Below, piece after piece: positions 1 through 9,719 of a stretch of DNA of 64,000 nucleotides. Position numbers and translations under genes: made by a program. The stretch spans positions 39,092-103,091 of the forward strand of contig JAHIUS010000021.1 of assembly GCA_018816885.1 (NCBI GenBank), read 5' to 3'. The notes beneath the pieces were generated by a model. The model did no database searches. It saw only the letters and a program-made list of their open reading frames with translations, and was not told where the DNA came from. This DNA is from Patescibacteria group bacterium (lineage in GTDB: Bacteria > Patescibacteriota > Gracilibacteria > UBA1369 > UBA12470). Within the stretch, counting starts at the first letter, position 1. Each line of letters starts with the position of its first letter.

Positions 1-549
1 CCCGAGGTGTTGTCTTATCTCGGTTACGAACATGGTGCGTTCTTCGAGCAGGGAGGTGAGCCGATTTACCTTGTTGTACCTGACGCAGATCATAAGGGAG
101 GAAAAATAGTCACAGGAATTTCCCTTAAACGCACAGACACTCTTATTAATTCGAGCGGGACAATAATTGCTTTGAATTTTGAAGTTTTAAATAAAAATTC
201 GACAGATCTGACTTTCAAAAACCAAATCATCTCAACAATCGAGGATGGCAAACGCAAAGACTTGGAAATCGAGTGGATCAATAAAGAAATATATCTGACA
301 GAAGAGATCCCGGTAGTCGCAAAAGAACTGCCTCAGCCCGAGCCCGTCGCGGAAGAACCTGAAATCGCAGAATTAACCCAGGCAAACATCTTAAAGCCGG
401 AGTTCCCACTTGCAATGTTAATCCCGCTTCTGATTCTGCCTCTGATCTGTTATATTTTGGTAAGAAAATTAAGAAAACGCCGTGCAAATAAAGCTCTCAA
501 AACCTTTAATCCTCGCTTCGGGAAGCCCACGCCGCTTTACCCTTCTTAA
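1..549 (+). CDS. Cohesin-like domain protein with C-terminal membrane anchor (5'-partial)
   Basis: Frame is open from base 1 (PEVLSYLGYEHG...SGTIIALNFEV, cohesin-like beta pattern); Pro/Glu linker, TM helix and basic tail; overlaps the maf start. Confidence 0.55.
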   Translation, partial: PEVLSYLGYEHGAFFEQGGEPIYLVVPDADHKGGKIVTGISLKRTDTLINSSGTIIALNFEVLNKNSTDLTFKNQIISTIEDGKRKDLEIEWINKEIYLTEEIPVVAKELPQPEPVAEEPEIAELTQANILKPEFPLAMLIPLLILPLICYILVRKLRKRRANKALKTFNPRFGKPTPLYPS

Positions 550-1078
550 AGAACTTGGATTAGATTTCGAAGTTGATCCGGCAATAGACTTCCAGGAGAA
601 AGAAAACGCAGAAGACCTAACTCCCGAAGCAATCGCAATACACAACGCCGAAGGAAAAGCGTTGGAAGTAGCAAAAAACCATCCGAAATCACTAATTCTC
701 GGGGTCGACACAATCGGAGCATATCAACACCACATTCTTGGCAAACCGAAAGACCTTGAAGACGCTCGCCGCATCCTGAAAATCCTAAACGGCACAACTC
801 ACGAGGTAATATCGGGGATCTGCCTCATCGACACAGAGAAAAACCGAAAGATAGCACGAGCGGAAAAAACTTTAGTCACTTTCGCTAAAATGAGTCCGCG
901 CGAAATAGAAACTTACCTGGAATCCGGTGAGTCGATGGACAAAGCAGCAGCTTTCGCAATCCAAGGGTTGGGGTCGCTTTTTATAGAAAAAATCGACGGC
1001 GACTACTTCAATGTGGTTGGTCTCCCAATATTCAGAATGTACAAAATGTTCAAAGAGTTTGGCGAAAACCTCATCTAG
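482..1078 (+). CDS. maf: Maf-family nucleoside triphosphate pyrophosphatase
   Basis: LILASGSPRR, ILGVDT, LGKP, DKAAAFAIQG, GDYFNVVGLP motifs. Confidence 0.95.
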   Translation: MQIKLSKPLILASGSPRRFTLLKELGLDFEVDPAIDFQEKENAEDLTPEAIAIHNAEGKALEVAKNHPKSLILGVDTIGAYQHHILGKPKDLEDARRILKILNGTTHEVISGICLIDTEKNRKIARAEKTLVTFAKMSPREIETYLESGESMDKAAAFAIQGLGSLFIEKIDGDYFNVVGLPIFRMYKMFKEFGENLI

Positions 1079-1140
1079 CTATATAATCGAAACACTCTAT
1101 GATCTTTGATCTTGAGTTTATAATCTAAATAAAAACAAAA

Positions 1141-1737
1141 ATGTCAAAACAAGGAGGAAAAATCGCACTCGTGCTCGGGATGGTAACAGGTGCAGCAACA
1201 GGTCTTTTATTCGCGCCAAGCAGAGGAAAAGATCTTCGTAAAAAAATAGCCGCAGAACGCAAAAAAGGCGGAAGCGGAACCAGAGCGGTAGGAGATGATC
1301 TCAAGAGAATGGGGGAAGATATTTTCGGATTGATGAAAGAAATCGCCGAAATGGAAGAGGTCCAAAAAGCCATCGATAAAACCAAAGGAACCGCAGCCGA
1401 AATGGTCAACATGAAGAAAGAAGATCTCGACAAACTGGTCAAAAAAGCTCACACCAAAGCCGAAGACATGAAGGTCCTCGTTACTAAATTCGCAAAAGAA
1501 AAGAAAACTCAGCTGGAAAATGAGGTTAAAAAGAAAACCAAAAAAGCCAAGACTAAAGCTAAGAAAGTCGTTAAAAAAGCCACAACCAAGGGCAAGGAAG
1601 CTGTAACCAAAGCCAAAAAAGTCGCAAAGAAGGTGGAAAAGAAGGTCGCACCAAAAAAGAAAACGACTCCAAACAAAAAGCCGTCAACCAAAAAGAAAGC
1701 TGCTCCGAAGAAGAAAACAACAGCCAAGAAGAAATAA
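1141..1737 (+). CDS. YtxH-domain protein with Lys/Ala-rich histone H1-like tail
   Basis: GAATGLLFAPSRGKDLRKKI (YtxH motif); C-terminal KKAAPKKK-type repeats. Confidence 0.8.
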   Translation: MSKQGGKIALVLGMVTGAATGLLFAPSRGKDLRKKIAAERKKGGSGTRAVGDDLKRMGEDIFGLMKEIAEMEEVQKAIDKTKGTAAEMVNMKKEDLDKLVKKAHTKAEDMKVLVTKFAKEKKTQLENEVKKKTKKAKTKAKKVVKKATTKGKEAVTKAKKVAKKVEKKVAPKKKTTPNKKPSTKKKAAPKKKTTAKKK

Positions 1738-2052
1738 CTATTTCTGTGCAATAGAACCGTCTAACTTGGAACAAGGTATGACCTTGGTTTCTTTTGATTC
1801 ACCTGCAAGTTTTCCGGGATAAGTAGATAAATGGGCATAACATTGGCCGGTCTCTTCATCTTTCTCAAGCTCAATGCCAAGAACTCCTTTTAATTCTTCT
1901 CCGGTTAAAATGAATTCAACGTCGATTTCAGGATCTGCAACGGTAATAATCAGGCGTCCGGGATCGGCGACTTCAACTTCGCTACATCCGGCCAAAAGAC
2001 CCATTACCGCAACAACAAAGACAAACCTTTCAAAATGTTTAGAAGTTTCCAT
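1738..2052 (-). CDS. Hypothetical lipoprotein
   Basis: Hydrophobic signal ending in the lipobox LLAGC. Confidence 0.65.
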   Translation of the reverse strand: METSKHFERFVFVVAVMGLLAGCSEVEVADPGRLIITVADPEIDVEFILTGEELKGVLGIELEKDEETGQCYAHLSTYPGKLAGESKETKVIPCSKLDGSIAQK

Positions 2053-2065
2053 GAGTATTTAATAT

Positions 2066-3376
2066 CTAGGCTCGCAATTTTTCCATCATTGCTACCTTCT
2101 TGTCAATAAGTTCTTTCGTCCCGATATCCTTTCTGTAAAAAACCGGCCCCTTAACTGTGCCCAAAGCGGAGCTAGCCATCTCGGAAGCTTCGGAGATCGT
2201 ATCCGCAATCCCGACAAAAGCAATCGCACGGCTGCCGCTCAGGTATAAGCCATCTTCACGCTGATCGACGGAAGCATAATAAGTTCTCACGCCTTTAGGG
2301 ATCTCGCCGACCTCGATTTTCTCGCCTTTAACAGGTTTGTCAGGATAGCCGTTAGGAACGATATATTTGCAAACTGTAGCCTTTTTCTCGAACTCAATAT
2401 TCAAACCTGATAACTCCCCCGAAATCATCGCCTCGCAAACATCCGTGAAATCCGTCTTCAAAATCGGCAGAACATTCATCGCCTCGGGATCACCGAATCG
2501 AACATTGTACTCAATCAAGCCAACCTTATCGCAGCAAGCAATGAACCCGCCATACATAATGCCTTTGTAATAAATCCCGGTCTCCTCATAAAGAGCTTTC
2601 GCAACCGCAACATTGATATTATGCGCATCTCGAATATCCGAATCCTGCAAGAAAGGCAACGAATGATTCGCATCGCTGTAAGTCCCCATGCCACCGGTAT
2701 TCGGCCCCTCATCACCATCATAAGCCCTTTTATGATCCTGAACAGCCGGCATCGATACAACATTAATACCATCAACAAAACTCATCAAACTAAACTCCTG
2801 CCCAACAAACTTTTCCTCAACAACAACATGTCCATCATCCTCGATACAAGACTCCGCATACTTAACCCCATCTTGAATAGAATCCAGATGATCCCCGGAA
2901 ACTTTCACCCCCTTACCACCCATCAGGCCATCAGCTTTTACAACATACTCACCCCCCAATTTCTCCATAAACTCCCGAATTCCTTCCTTATCATAAAAAA
3001 CCTTAAACTCCGGATTCCCCGGAATCCCATGCTTTTTAAGCAAATCCCGCGCAAAAGACTTCGAAGACTCAAGAGCCCCTACCGTCATCATCGGGGAAGC
3101 GCTTTTAACCCCCACTTCTAGCAGCATATCAACAGCACCGTCCGCAATAGGCCCCTCGGGCCCGATAAAAGCAAAGTCCGGCTGAATATGCCTCGCAAAA
3201 TCCCGCAAACGATCAAAATCCGACACGCTCCCAACCTCATAACCCGCAGAAATCGCCATTAGCCCAGGATTCTTAGCCCCGCCGTAAGTATAAACTTGAG
3301 CATCATTCCTTTTCACAAAAGTCTCTCCAATGATGTGCTCCCGCGCCCCGTTTCCAACTAAGAGTATTTTTTTCAT
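2066..3376 (-). CDS. purD: Phosphoribosylamine--glycine ligase
   Basis: GNGAREH, VVKADGLMGGKGV, QDHKRAYDGDEGPNTGGMG, EYNVRFGDPE. Confidence 0.97.
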   Translation of the reverse strand: MKKILLVGNGAREHIIGETFVKRNDAQVYTYGGAKNPGLMAISAGYEVGSVSDFDRLRDFARHIQPDFAFIGPEGPIADGAVDMLLEVGVKSASPMMTVGALESSKSFARDLLKKHGIPGNPEFKVFYDKEGIREFMEKLGGEYVVKADGLMGGKGVKVSGDHLDSIQDGVKYAESCIEDDGHVVVEEKFVGQEFSLMSFVDGINVVSMPAVQDHKRAYDGDEGPNTGGMGTYSDANHSLPFLQDSDIRDAHNINVAVAKALYEETGIYYKGIMYGGFIACCDKVGLIEYNVRFGDPEAMNVLPILKTDFTDVCEAMISGELSGLNIEFEKKATVCKYIVPNGYPDKPVKGEKIEVGEIPKGVRTYYASVDQREDGLYLSGSRAIAFVGIADTISEASEMASSALGTVKGPVFYRKDIGTKELIDKKVAMMEKLRA

Positions 3377-3403
3377 TTATTTTAAGATTAAAAATTTCCA
3401 CCT

Positions 3404-3437
3404 ACTTGGTACTTGGCACTTGATACTGGGTACTCAC
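3404..3437. repeat. Heptamer tandem array (ACTTGGT-type)
   Basis: ACTTGGT ACTTGGC ACTTGAT ACTGGGT ACTCAC, starting at the purF stop. Confidence 0.85.
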
Positions 3438-4933
3438 AAAAGCGGCATCTGATCCTCACTATGATACTTGTCCACAACCTCTGCGCATCTATCGGCTTCT
3501 CGATCGGATTCGGCCTTTTTCAGCATTTCCTCATCAATATCGCCGGTAGGGTAGTCTCCGTTGAAGCAAGCGCAGCAGAAATCATCCTTTTTGACATCTC
3601 CAAAAGCAACAGCCCTCTGCAAATCCGGCAACTCCTGGTAAAAAAGCTCATCAGCCCCGATAGATTTGCGAATTTCGTCGATAGTAAGCTCGTTCGCAAC
3701 ATACTCTTGCCGACTCGGGAGATCGATCCCATACAAACAAGGATGGGTGAGGGGAGGAGCCGCAACTGCGAAATAAACTTTTCGCGCCCCGGCATTCCGC
3801 ACAAGTTCAATGATTTTTTTGGAAGTATTCCCTCGCACAATACTGTCATCAACCAGAAGCACATTCTTATCTTTAAGCTCAACAACATTAGGTGAAAGCT
3901 TATAACGGATCGACTTCTGACGAGCAACCTGCCCCGGCATAATGAATGTTCGCCCGATATAACGGTTTTTAATCAAACCTTCCCGGAATTTAACTCCAAG
4001 CTCATGAGCCAAAGAAACGGCGGTAGACCTCGAAGTATCCGGGACGGGGCAAACAACATCGATATCAATATCGGCCTTTTTGATTATAGGCGCAAGCGTC
4101 TCACCCATATGCAGCCTCGCCTTATAAACGGAAATCCCATCAATAATCGAGTCGGGACGTGCGAAATAAACATACTCGAATATACAGTGAGCACATTTTT
4201 TGTTCGCAACCACCTTGCGGTGAACATCCCTGTTGTTATCGATAAACACAACCTCTCCGGCAGCAACATCCGAAACTTTTTCAAACCCGAGAGTTTCCAG
4301 AACAACAGATTCGGAAGAGAAAATATAGTCCGTTTGCAGCCCTTCTCTTTTCCCGAAAACACCCGGTCTGATCCCGTGCGGATCTCGGAAAGCAAACATG
4401 CCTTGCCCGGCAATATGTCCGACAACGAAATAAGCACCGGAAAGCTTTTCAAGTACCTCTTTTACAGCCTCAAATACCTGCTCCGGCTGCAAATGCCTGT
4501 TCGGCTTCTGCCTCCTGAGGGCTTTGGCAAAAACATGCTGTATCAGTTCAACATCACAGTTGGAATTTACATTCACAAGTTCCTCTTCCTGCAATTTCTT
4601 TTTATCCTTATGAAAATCCACAAGATTTCCGTTATGCGCCATCGCAAGCCCGTAAGGAGCAGACCTTACGAAAGGTTGTGCATCCGTAACACTGCACCCT
4701 CCAACAGTCGGGTAGCGAAGATGCCCGATTCCGATCTGGCCAGGCAATCTTTTGAATATATTTTCATTGAAAATATCCCTCGCCATTCCTTCATCCTTGT
4801 GCAGATGAAAGTGCCCCCCGTCAAAAGTCACAATCCCGGCAGCATCCTGCCCTCTGTGCTGCAGAACAACCATCGCGTCATATAGCTCGTAGACTACATT
4901 GTCCCCACCATAGATTCCGATAACTCCGCACAT
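3434..4933 (-). CDS. purF: Amidophosphoribosyltransferase
   Basis: N-terminal MCG, LQHRGQDAAG, AHNGNL, VDDSIVRGNTS. Confidence 0.97.
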   Translation of the reverse strand: MCGVIGIYGGDNVVYELYDAMVVLQHRGQDAAGIVTFDGGHFHLHKDEGMARDIFNENIFKRLPGQIGIGHLRYPTVGGCSVTDAQPFVRSAPYGLAMAHNGNLVDFHKDKKKLQEEELVNVNSNCDVELIQHVFAKALRRQKPNRHLQPEQVFEAVKEVLEKLSGAYFVVGHIAGQGMFAFRDPHGIRPGVFGKREGLQTDYIFSSESVVLETLGFEKVSDVAAGEVVFIDNNRDVHRKVVANKKCAHCIFEYVYFARPDSIIDGISVYKARLHMGETLAPIIKKADIDIDVVCPVPDTSRSTAVSLAHELGVKFREGLIKNRYIGRTFIMPGQVARQKSIRYKLSPNVVELKDKNVLLVDDSIVRGNTSKKIIELVRNAGARKVYFAVAAPPLTHPCLYGIDLPSRQEYVANELTIDEIRKSIGADELFYQELPDLQRAVAFGDVKKDDFCCACFNGDYPTGDIDEEMLKKAESDREADRCAEVVDKYHSEDQMPLL

Positions 4934-4997
4934 ATTGATTAGTTGTTAGGAAGTAGTTGTTAGTAGTTAGTTTAGTTGTAGAAGTAGTTGTAGTGGT
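4934..4997. repeat. Heptamer (TTGTTAG-type) plus hexamer (GTAGTT-type) array
   Basis: Visible periodicity; 4969-4994 matches the reverse complement of 10743-10768 at 25/26 nt. Confidence 0.75.
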
Positions 4998-5016
4998 AAA
5001 AAATTCCAATACGCCA

Positions 5017-5865
5017 TCAGCCATTAGCCATCTGCTTTTTAAAAGCATTCAAAGTATTTAGCATCAGACAAGCAACAGTCATTGGCCCAACTCCTCCGGG
5101 AACGGGAGTGATATAAGAAGCTTTTTTAGAAACCTCATCAAAATCCACATCTCCCCGGAGCCCATCATCGGTTCTGGTAGTCCCAACATCCACGACAATG
5201 ATGCCTTCTTTAACCATATCGGCAGTAATCAATCCCGGCTTGCCAACAGCAACCACAAGCAAATCCGCACCAATGGTGTGGCTCTTTAAATCTTTAGTAT
5301 CGATATGACAAGTTGTAACGGTCGCACCTCTGTTAAGAAGCATTGCCGACATAGGTTTGCCAACAATATTGCTGTGGCCGACAACAGTCGCATCCATCCC
5401 TCGGACATCGATTCCATAATGATCCAACATTCGAATCACACCTTTTGGTGTGCAAGGCGCCATATCCTCAAACTCACTCGAAAGGAACATTTTCCCAATA
5501 TTATAAGCATGAAAACCGTCCACATCTTTGTAAGGGTCGATAGCTTTGATGACTTCCGGCACATAAACATGCTCCGGCAGAGGCAGTTGAACCAAAATCC
5601 CATTAACATCCTTCCGTTCATTGAGTTCATCGATTTTTTCAATCAAAGACTTGGTCGTCACCTCGGAAGGCTTAAGATTAATCTGCTCCCACTCGATTCC
5701 GACCTCCTGACAAGCCCTCTTCTTCATCTTTACATAAGTCTGACTGGCAGGATCTTCTCCAACCAAAACAACCACCAGCTTAGGTGGTTTCGGCAGATCG
5801 CGCACCTCTCCCTTGATCTCTTCGAGTAAAGACTTCGAAACCAGCTTGCCATCTAGGAGTTCCAT
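5017..5865 (-). CDS. folD: Methylenetetrahydrofolate dehydrogenase/cyclohydrolase
   Basis: GILVQLPLP, KDVDGFH, PCTP, ITPVPGGVGPMT. Confidence 0.97.
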   Translation of the reverse strand: MELLDGKLVSKSLLEEIKGEVRDLPKPPKLVVVLVGEDPASQTYVKMKKRACQEVGIEWEQINLKPSEVTTKSLIEKIDELNERKDVNGILVQLPLPEHVYVPEVIKAIDPYKDVDGFHAYNIGKMFLSSEFEDMAPCTPKGVIRMLDHYGIDVRGMDATVVGHSNIVGKPMSAMLLNRGATVTTCHIDTKDLKSHTIGADLLVVAVGKPGLITADMVKEGIIVVDVGTTRTDDGLRGDVDFDEVSKKASYITPVPGGVGPMTVACLMLNTLNAFKKQMANG

Positions 5866-5934
5866 TGATAGGGGATTAGGGCAAATTGATTTTAGCAGGG
5901 GTGGGGGAGTGTGACAATAGGTTAATTATCAGCC

Positions 5935-6528
5935 TCAGAACCTTCTCCCATACTTCATCGCTTCACTAACAACACCCCAAACCAGCTCAGCCGTATCCTC
6001 CTTCCTATCCTGAAGCAGAACAGTCCTCCATTGATGCTTTTCCGCCAAATCTTGCAGAACCTGCCGACACTTCCGAATAAGATCATCGTTTCTCTCGTGA
6101 ATATGCAAAGCTTCCATAGCACTTTCAACCCGATCACCATCAATCAAAATCGCCAAATCCTCTTGAATTAGGAACTGATTCAAACGCTCAAGCCAAACAG
6201 GGTCAGCACCCTTGGCCGTACCCCAAGCCACTCCCGTTCCAATGTAATCTTCAGCCACCACAATATAACCGTCCGCAAGCCATTTCTTAAGCTCCGGCTG
6301 GAACTGATATCTATTCAAAGCAAACCACATTTGAAGCTCTTCCTCGGTGATGTTTTGCGACTCACCACTCCTTAAAATCCTATTCAAATAAGGCCCGGTT
6401 GGCTCCAGGTCATAGACCGGATATTTCACATATTTGGCCTTTTTCCCGGCAGCCTCCAACTTCTCAACAAGCAGCTTGGCGTGAGTCGTCTTCCCCATAT
6501 TGTTTGTCCCGTAGATTGTGATTAGCAT
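5935..6528 (-). CDS. tmk: Thymidylate kinase (divergent)
   Basis: P-loop-like GTNNMGKTT, YP..TG motif, F-A-L-N-R; lies next to dut. Confidence 0.8.
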   Translation of the reverse strand: MLITIYGTNNMGKTTHAKLLVEKLEAAGKKAKYVKYPVYDLEPTGPYLNRILRSGESQNITEEELQMWFALNRYQFQPELKKWLADGYIVVAEDYIGTGVAWGTAKGADPVWLERLNQFLIQEDLAILIDGDRVESAMEALHIHERNDDLIRKCRQVLQDLAEKHQWRTVLLQDRKEDTAELVWGVVSEAMKYGRRF

Positions 6529-6536
6529 ATTATGTT

Positions 6537-6620
6537 GGTATTAGGTATCAGGTATTAGGTATCAGGTATTTGAGGTTTTCATAAAAATTTCCAATATACT
6601 TAATACCTACTACTTGCTAC
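6537..6620. repeat. Two converging heptamer arrays
   Basis: GGTATTA GGTATCA GGTATTA GGTATCA GGTATTT on +; a degenerate period-7 array on - starting at the dut stop. Confidence 0.8.
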
Positions 6621-7048
6621 TATCCCGTACTTCCAAATCCACCTCTTGATTCTTTCCGCATCTCTTCAACCTCTTCCCATTCGAATTTATCAATTCTAAC
6701 AAAAACTCCTTGAGCGATCTTGGTTCCGCGTTTGATTTTAACAGATTCATCGGAAAAATTGTAAACCTGAATCTTAATCTCATCCTCAGGCCCGCAATAA
6801 TCATGATCGATTATCCCGAAACCGTGAGGGGGAGTTACCCCATGCTTCCGAGGAGTGCTCGAACGCGAGGCAACAATCAGCATATATCCCTCGGGAACCT
6901 CGATTATCAGGTTGGAAGGCACAAGTTCAATCGTTCCCGGCTCAACAGTAGTATCTTCCCTTGCCAAAATATCGAACCCCACAGAACCATCCGTCTCGTA
7001 TTGAGGCAGAGGTAGACTTTTATCGATTCGTTTGATTTTAACTTTCAT
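6620..7048 (-). CDS. dut: dUTP diphosphatase
   Basis: GSVGFD, SRSS, GIIDHDYCG, KIAQ, RGGFGSTG. Confidence 0.96.
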   Translation of the reverse strand: MKVKIKRIDKSLPLPQYETDGSVGFDILAREDTTVEPGTIELVPSNLIIEVPEGYMLIVASRSSTPRKHGVTPPHGFGIIDHDYCGPEDEIKIQVYNFSDESVKIKRGTKIAQGVFVRIDKFEWEEVEEMRKESRGGFGSTG

Positions 7049-7054
7049 AAGTTT

Positions 7055-7678
7055 CTAATTTAAAATTTCTGATTTAAGCTCCCCCAGGAGCTCACCATCA
7101 ATAACTCTACCATGTCCAGGTAAAATCACATCGGCAATTTCAAAAATCTTTCTCATACTTTTTGCAAAAGAATCATCATCTCGACAAGAATGGGAGTTTT
7201 CACCCCTGATAAGATCCTCCCGAACAGCATCACCCGCGCAAACAAAAACTTTCCCCTCCTCCTCATAAATAAAAGAAACATGACTCATCGTATGCCCGGG
7301 AGTCGGCAAGCTCTTAACTCCTTCAGGCAAGATGGCCTCATGCAGCTCCCGATCATGGTAAACGGTAGTCTCCCCGGTAGGCCTAAGCGCCGCACTGCTG
7401 GTAAAAATAGTCGCAGTATCCTTGAAGAGGTAGTTGTTGGAAGTATGATCAAGATGGTGATGTGTGTTAAGAACGAAATCTATGTCCTCGGGATTTAGTC
7501 CTTCATCGGAAAGAGCGGCAACCAACTTGTCCGCATGAGAAAAAGCCCCCGGATCCACCAAGATAATCTCATCACGAACATTCTTTATTAAAACAGGTCC
7601 ACTAGACAGAGGATTTATTTCATAATACCCATCATGCTTGAAATTCTGATGCTCACCTTGGAAAAGTTGTTTAATCAT
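7055..7678 (-). CDS. Metallo-beta-lactamase fold hydrolase
   Basis: THHHLDH, TPGHT, AGD, PGH motifs. Confidence 0.9.
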   Translation of the reverse strand: MIKQLFQGEHQNFKHDGYYEINPLSSGPVLIKNVRDEIILVDPGAFSHADKLVAALSDEGLNPEDIDFVLNTHHHLDHTSNNYLFKDTATIFTSSAALRPTGETTVYHDRELHEAILPEGVKSLPTPGHTMSHVSFIYEEEGKVFVCAGDAVREDLIRGENSHSCRDDDSFAKSMRKIFEIADVILPGHGRVIDGELLGELKSEILN

Positions 7679-8370
7679 GATGCAGCCTCCTTGGTGTCGA
7701 TTTTAATCGCGGGCCCCATTGTAGTTGTAAGAGTAATGCTCTTAATATAGATGCCTTTCAGATCTTTAGGTTTATGATCGGTAATTGTTTTCAGGTATGT
7801 CTTTAAATTTTCCGCCAAATTTTCCGCGGAAAAAGATACCTTCCCAATCATATTGTGCAGATTTCCTGCTTTATCGTTTCTGAACTCGACCTTGCCTTTT
7901 TTAATCTCTTCAATTGTTTTTGCCACATCGGGAGTAACGGTTCCGGCTTTTGGGTTCGGCATCAAACCTTTTTGACCGAGAACTCGGGCGATTTTACCTA
8001 GAGATTTCATCATGTCAGGAGTAGCGACAGCAACATCGAAATCCATCCATCCTTTTTCGATTTCCGCAACAAGGTCATCATTTCCGGCCTTAACTGCGCC
8101 GGCATCAGTAGCTTCTTTGACCTTGTCATCAGAAACAAAAGCAACGACGCGAACTTCCTTGCCTGTTCCGTGCGGGAGAACAACAGTATCGCGAAGCTGC
8201 TGTTCGGCATGCTTTGGGTTGATTCCAAGGTTCATATGAACCTCGACAGAAGAGTCGAACTTCGTAACGGAAGTATCTTTGATCAAAGAACAAGCCTCGT
8301 CGATTGAGTATAGCTTGTCCGATTCGATTTTCTCGAGCACAGCTCGATACTTTTTACCATGTTTAGCCAT
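7675..8370 (-). CDS. rplA: 50S ribosomal protein L1
   Basis: LPHGTGK, GLMPNPKAGTVT, TTMGP. Confidence 0.98.
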   Translation of the reverse strand: MAKHGKKYRAVLEKIESDKLYSIDEACSLIKDTSVTKFDSSVEVHMNLGINPKHAEQQLRDTVVLPHGTGKEVRVVAFVSDDKVKEATDAGAVKAGNDDLVAEIEKGWMDFDVAVATPDMMKSLGKIARVLGQKGLMPNPKAGTVTPDVAKTIEEIKKGKVEFRNDKAGNLHNMIGKVSFSAENLAENLKTYLKTITDHKPKDLKGIYIKSITLTTTMGPAIKIDTKEAAS

Positions 8371-8385
8371 GATTTTTGGGGTTAA

Positions 8386-8418
8386 GTGGTATTAGTGGCC
8401 TTACTTAAAGCCTCCCAC
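8386..8418 (-). promoter_or_regulatory. Putative L1-binding autoregulatory leader of rplA
   Basis: GTGGGAGGC...GCCACTAATACCAC just upstream of rplA resembles the GUGGGAGG...ACCAC L1 operator of Firmicutes. Confidence 0.7.
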
Positions 8419-8428
8419 GAAATAAGTG

Positions 8429-8794
8429 TTAATCTTCTTTTTTGCGTCTTTGAATTACAGTCCAATGATAAAGCCACAGCGGAGTACCGACGAAAATCTG
8501 CGAAACCCCAATAGCCAAATCCCTTTTTCTAGCATCCGAATCTGAAACTTCTCTTTCTTCCTCACATTCCGCTGTTTGTTCTTCTGTTAGCTCAGTCGTA
8601 TCAGGAGCTAGTCTGTATTTGCCCTCATAACAACTGTCGTAATAATATTCTTCATAATGCGCTAACGGGAAAACATAAGTCTTCATGCAAACATTTAGAA
8701 GCCCGATTGCACCAGTTATAAAAATAATCAGCCCAACAGCCGAAAATGTGTACAAATAAATGTTACGAATGATTTTTTTGAATTTTGTTTTCAT
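8429..8794 (-). CDS. Two-TM membrane protein (DUF5671-like)
   Basis: RNIYLY..TM and VGTPLWLYHW C-terminal motif. Confidence 0.65.
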   Translation of the reverse strand: MKTKFKKIIRNIYLYTFSAVGLIIFITGAIGLLNVCMKTYVFPLAHYEEYYYDSCYEGKYRLAPDTTELTEEQTAECEEEREVSDSDARKRDLAIGVSQIFVGTPLWLYHWTVIQRRKKED

Positions 8795-8807
8795 GTTGTT
8801 GTGTTAG

Positions 8808-8918
8808 TGAGTAGATAACAAGTAACAGATAACAGATTGAGAATTTCACTGGGTACTTGAGACTTGGCACTTGGATCTTGTTTGGATCTTGTCTCTTGGC
8901 TTCTTGGATCTTACTAAG
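8808..8918. repeat. Two converging heptamer arrays
   Basis: ATAACAG-type units on +, then ACTGGGT ACTTGAG ACTTGGC ACTTGGA TCTTG.. units. Confidence 0.85.
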
Positions 8919-9347
8919 TTATCCTTTCACTTCTACGCCCATACTTCTTGCTGTCCCGGCAATAATTTTGGCTCCGGCTTTGATGTCGTTTGCGTTTAGA
9001 TCCGGCTGCTTCTCCTTGGCGATTGCCTCGAGTTGAGCCTGCGTGATGGTTCCGACTTTCTCTTTGTTCGGTACTCCGGATCCTTTGTTTAGATTGATCG
9101 CTTTCTTGATAAGGATCGCTGCAGGTGCGGTTTTTTTGATAAAAGTAAAACTTCTATCCTCATAAACCGTAATTTCAACAGGGACGATAGTTTCGCCCAT
9201 ATCCTTGGTATCGTTGTTGAATTGATTACAAAAATCCTGAATCTGAAGCCCATGCTGACCGAGAGCAGGACCGACAGGAGGAGCAGGATTAGCTTTCCCC
9301 GCAGGGATTTGCAGTTTGATAACTGTTAAAATCTTTTTAGGTGCCAT
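8919..9347 (-). CDS. rplK: 50S ribosomal protein L11
   Basis: [31 protein letters not shown]. Confidence 0.98.
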   Translation of the reverse strand: MAPKKILTVIKLQIPAGKANPAPPVGPALGQHGLQIQDFCNQFNNDTKDMGETIVPVEITVYEDRSFTFIKKTAPAAILIKKAINLNKGSGVPNKEKVGTITQAQLEAIAKEKQPDLNANDIKAGAKIIAGTARSMGVEVKG

Positions 9348-9398
9348 AGTGATTTAAATATAAGATATAAGATCAAAAATCATAGAAAATGCGGAGAG

Positions 9399-9427
9399 AT
9401 TCTAAGAGGTTTGCTCAGATAAGTCAA
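9399..9427 (-). promoter_or_regulatory. Sigma70-type promoter for rplK
   Basis: TTGACT-N17-TAGAAT on the - strand. Confidence 0.7.
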
Positions 9428-9486
9428 CCTGAAAATTTATTCATCACATCCCTCAATCCCCACATTAAGCGTAATTTTATTTCAAG

Positions 9487-9719
9487 GTCTCGGAATTTCA
9501 AAAAATTCCGAGACTACAATCAACTTCGTAAAAATAGGTTGAGCACACAGCGAACTTTTGAACATTTGGGTCTCGTGGGCCCCAAATGTGAGAAAGAGAA
9601 GTTAAGCGAAACCTATTTTTACGAAAACCCCGGGGTCCCCGTTCTGGACTGAGCGAAGCGAGGGAAGAATGGGGTGGTCCTTGTGGGGGAGCTCGCGAGG
9701 GGGACACCTCCCCTTCGCG
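9487..9719. other. Cluster of stacked hairpins (structured noncoding element)
   Basis: 12-bp perfect stem 9487-9514; 16-bp inverted repeat 9525-9540/9610-9625 enclosing an inner stem; GC-rich stems at about 9636-9675 and 9693-9718. Confidence 0.75.
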
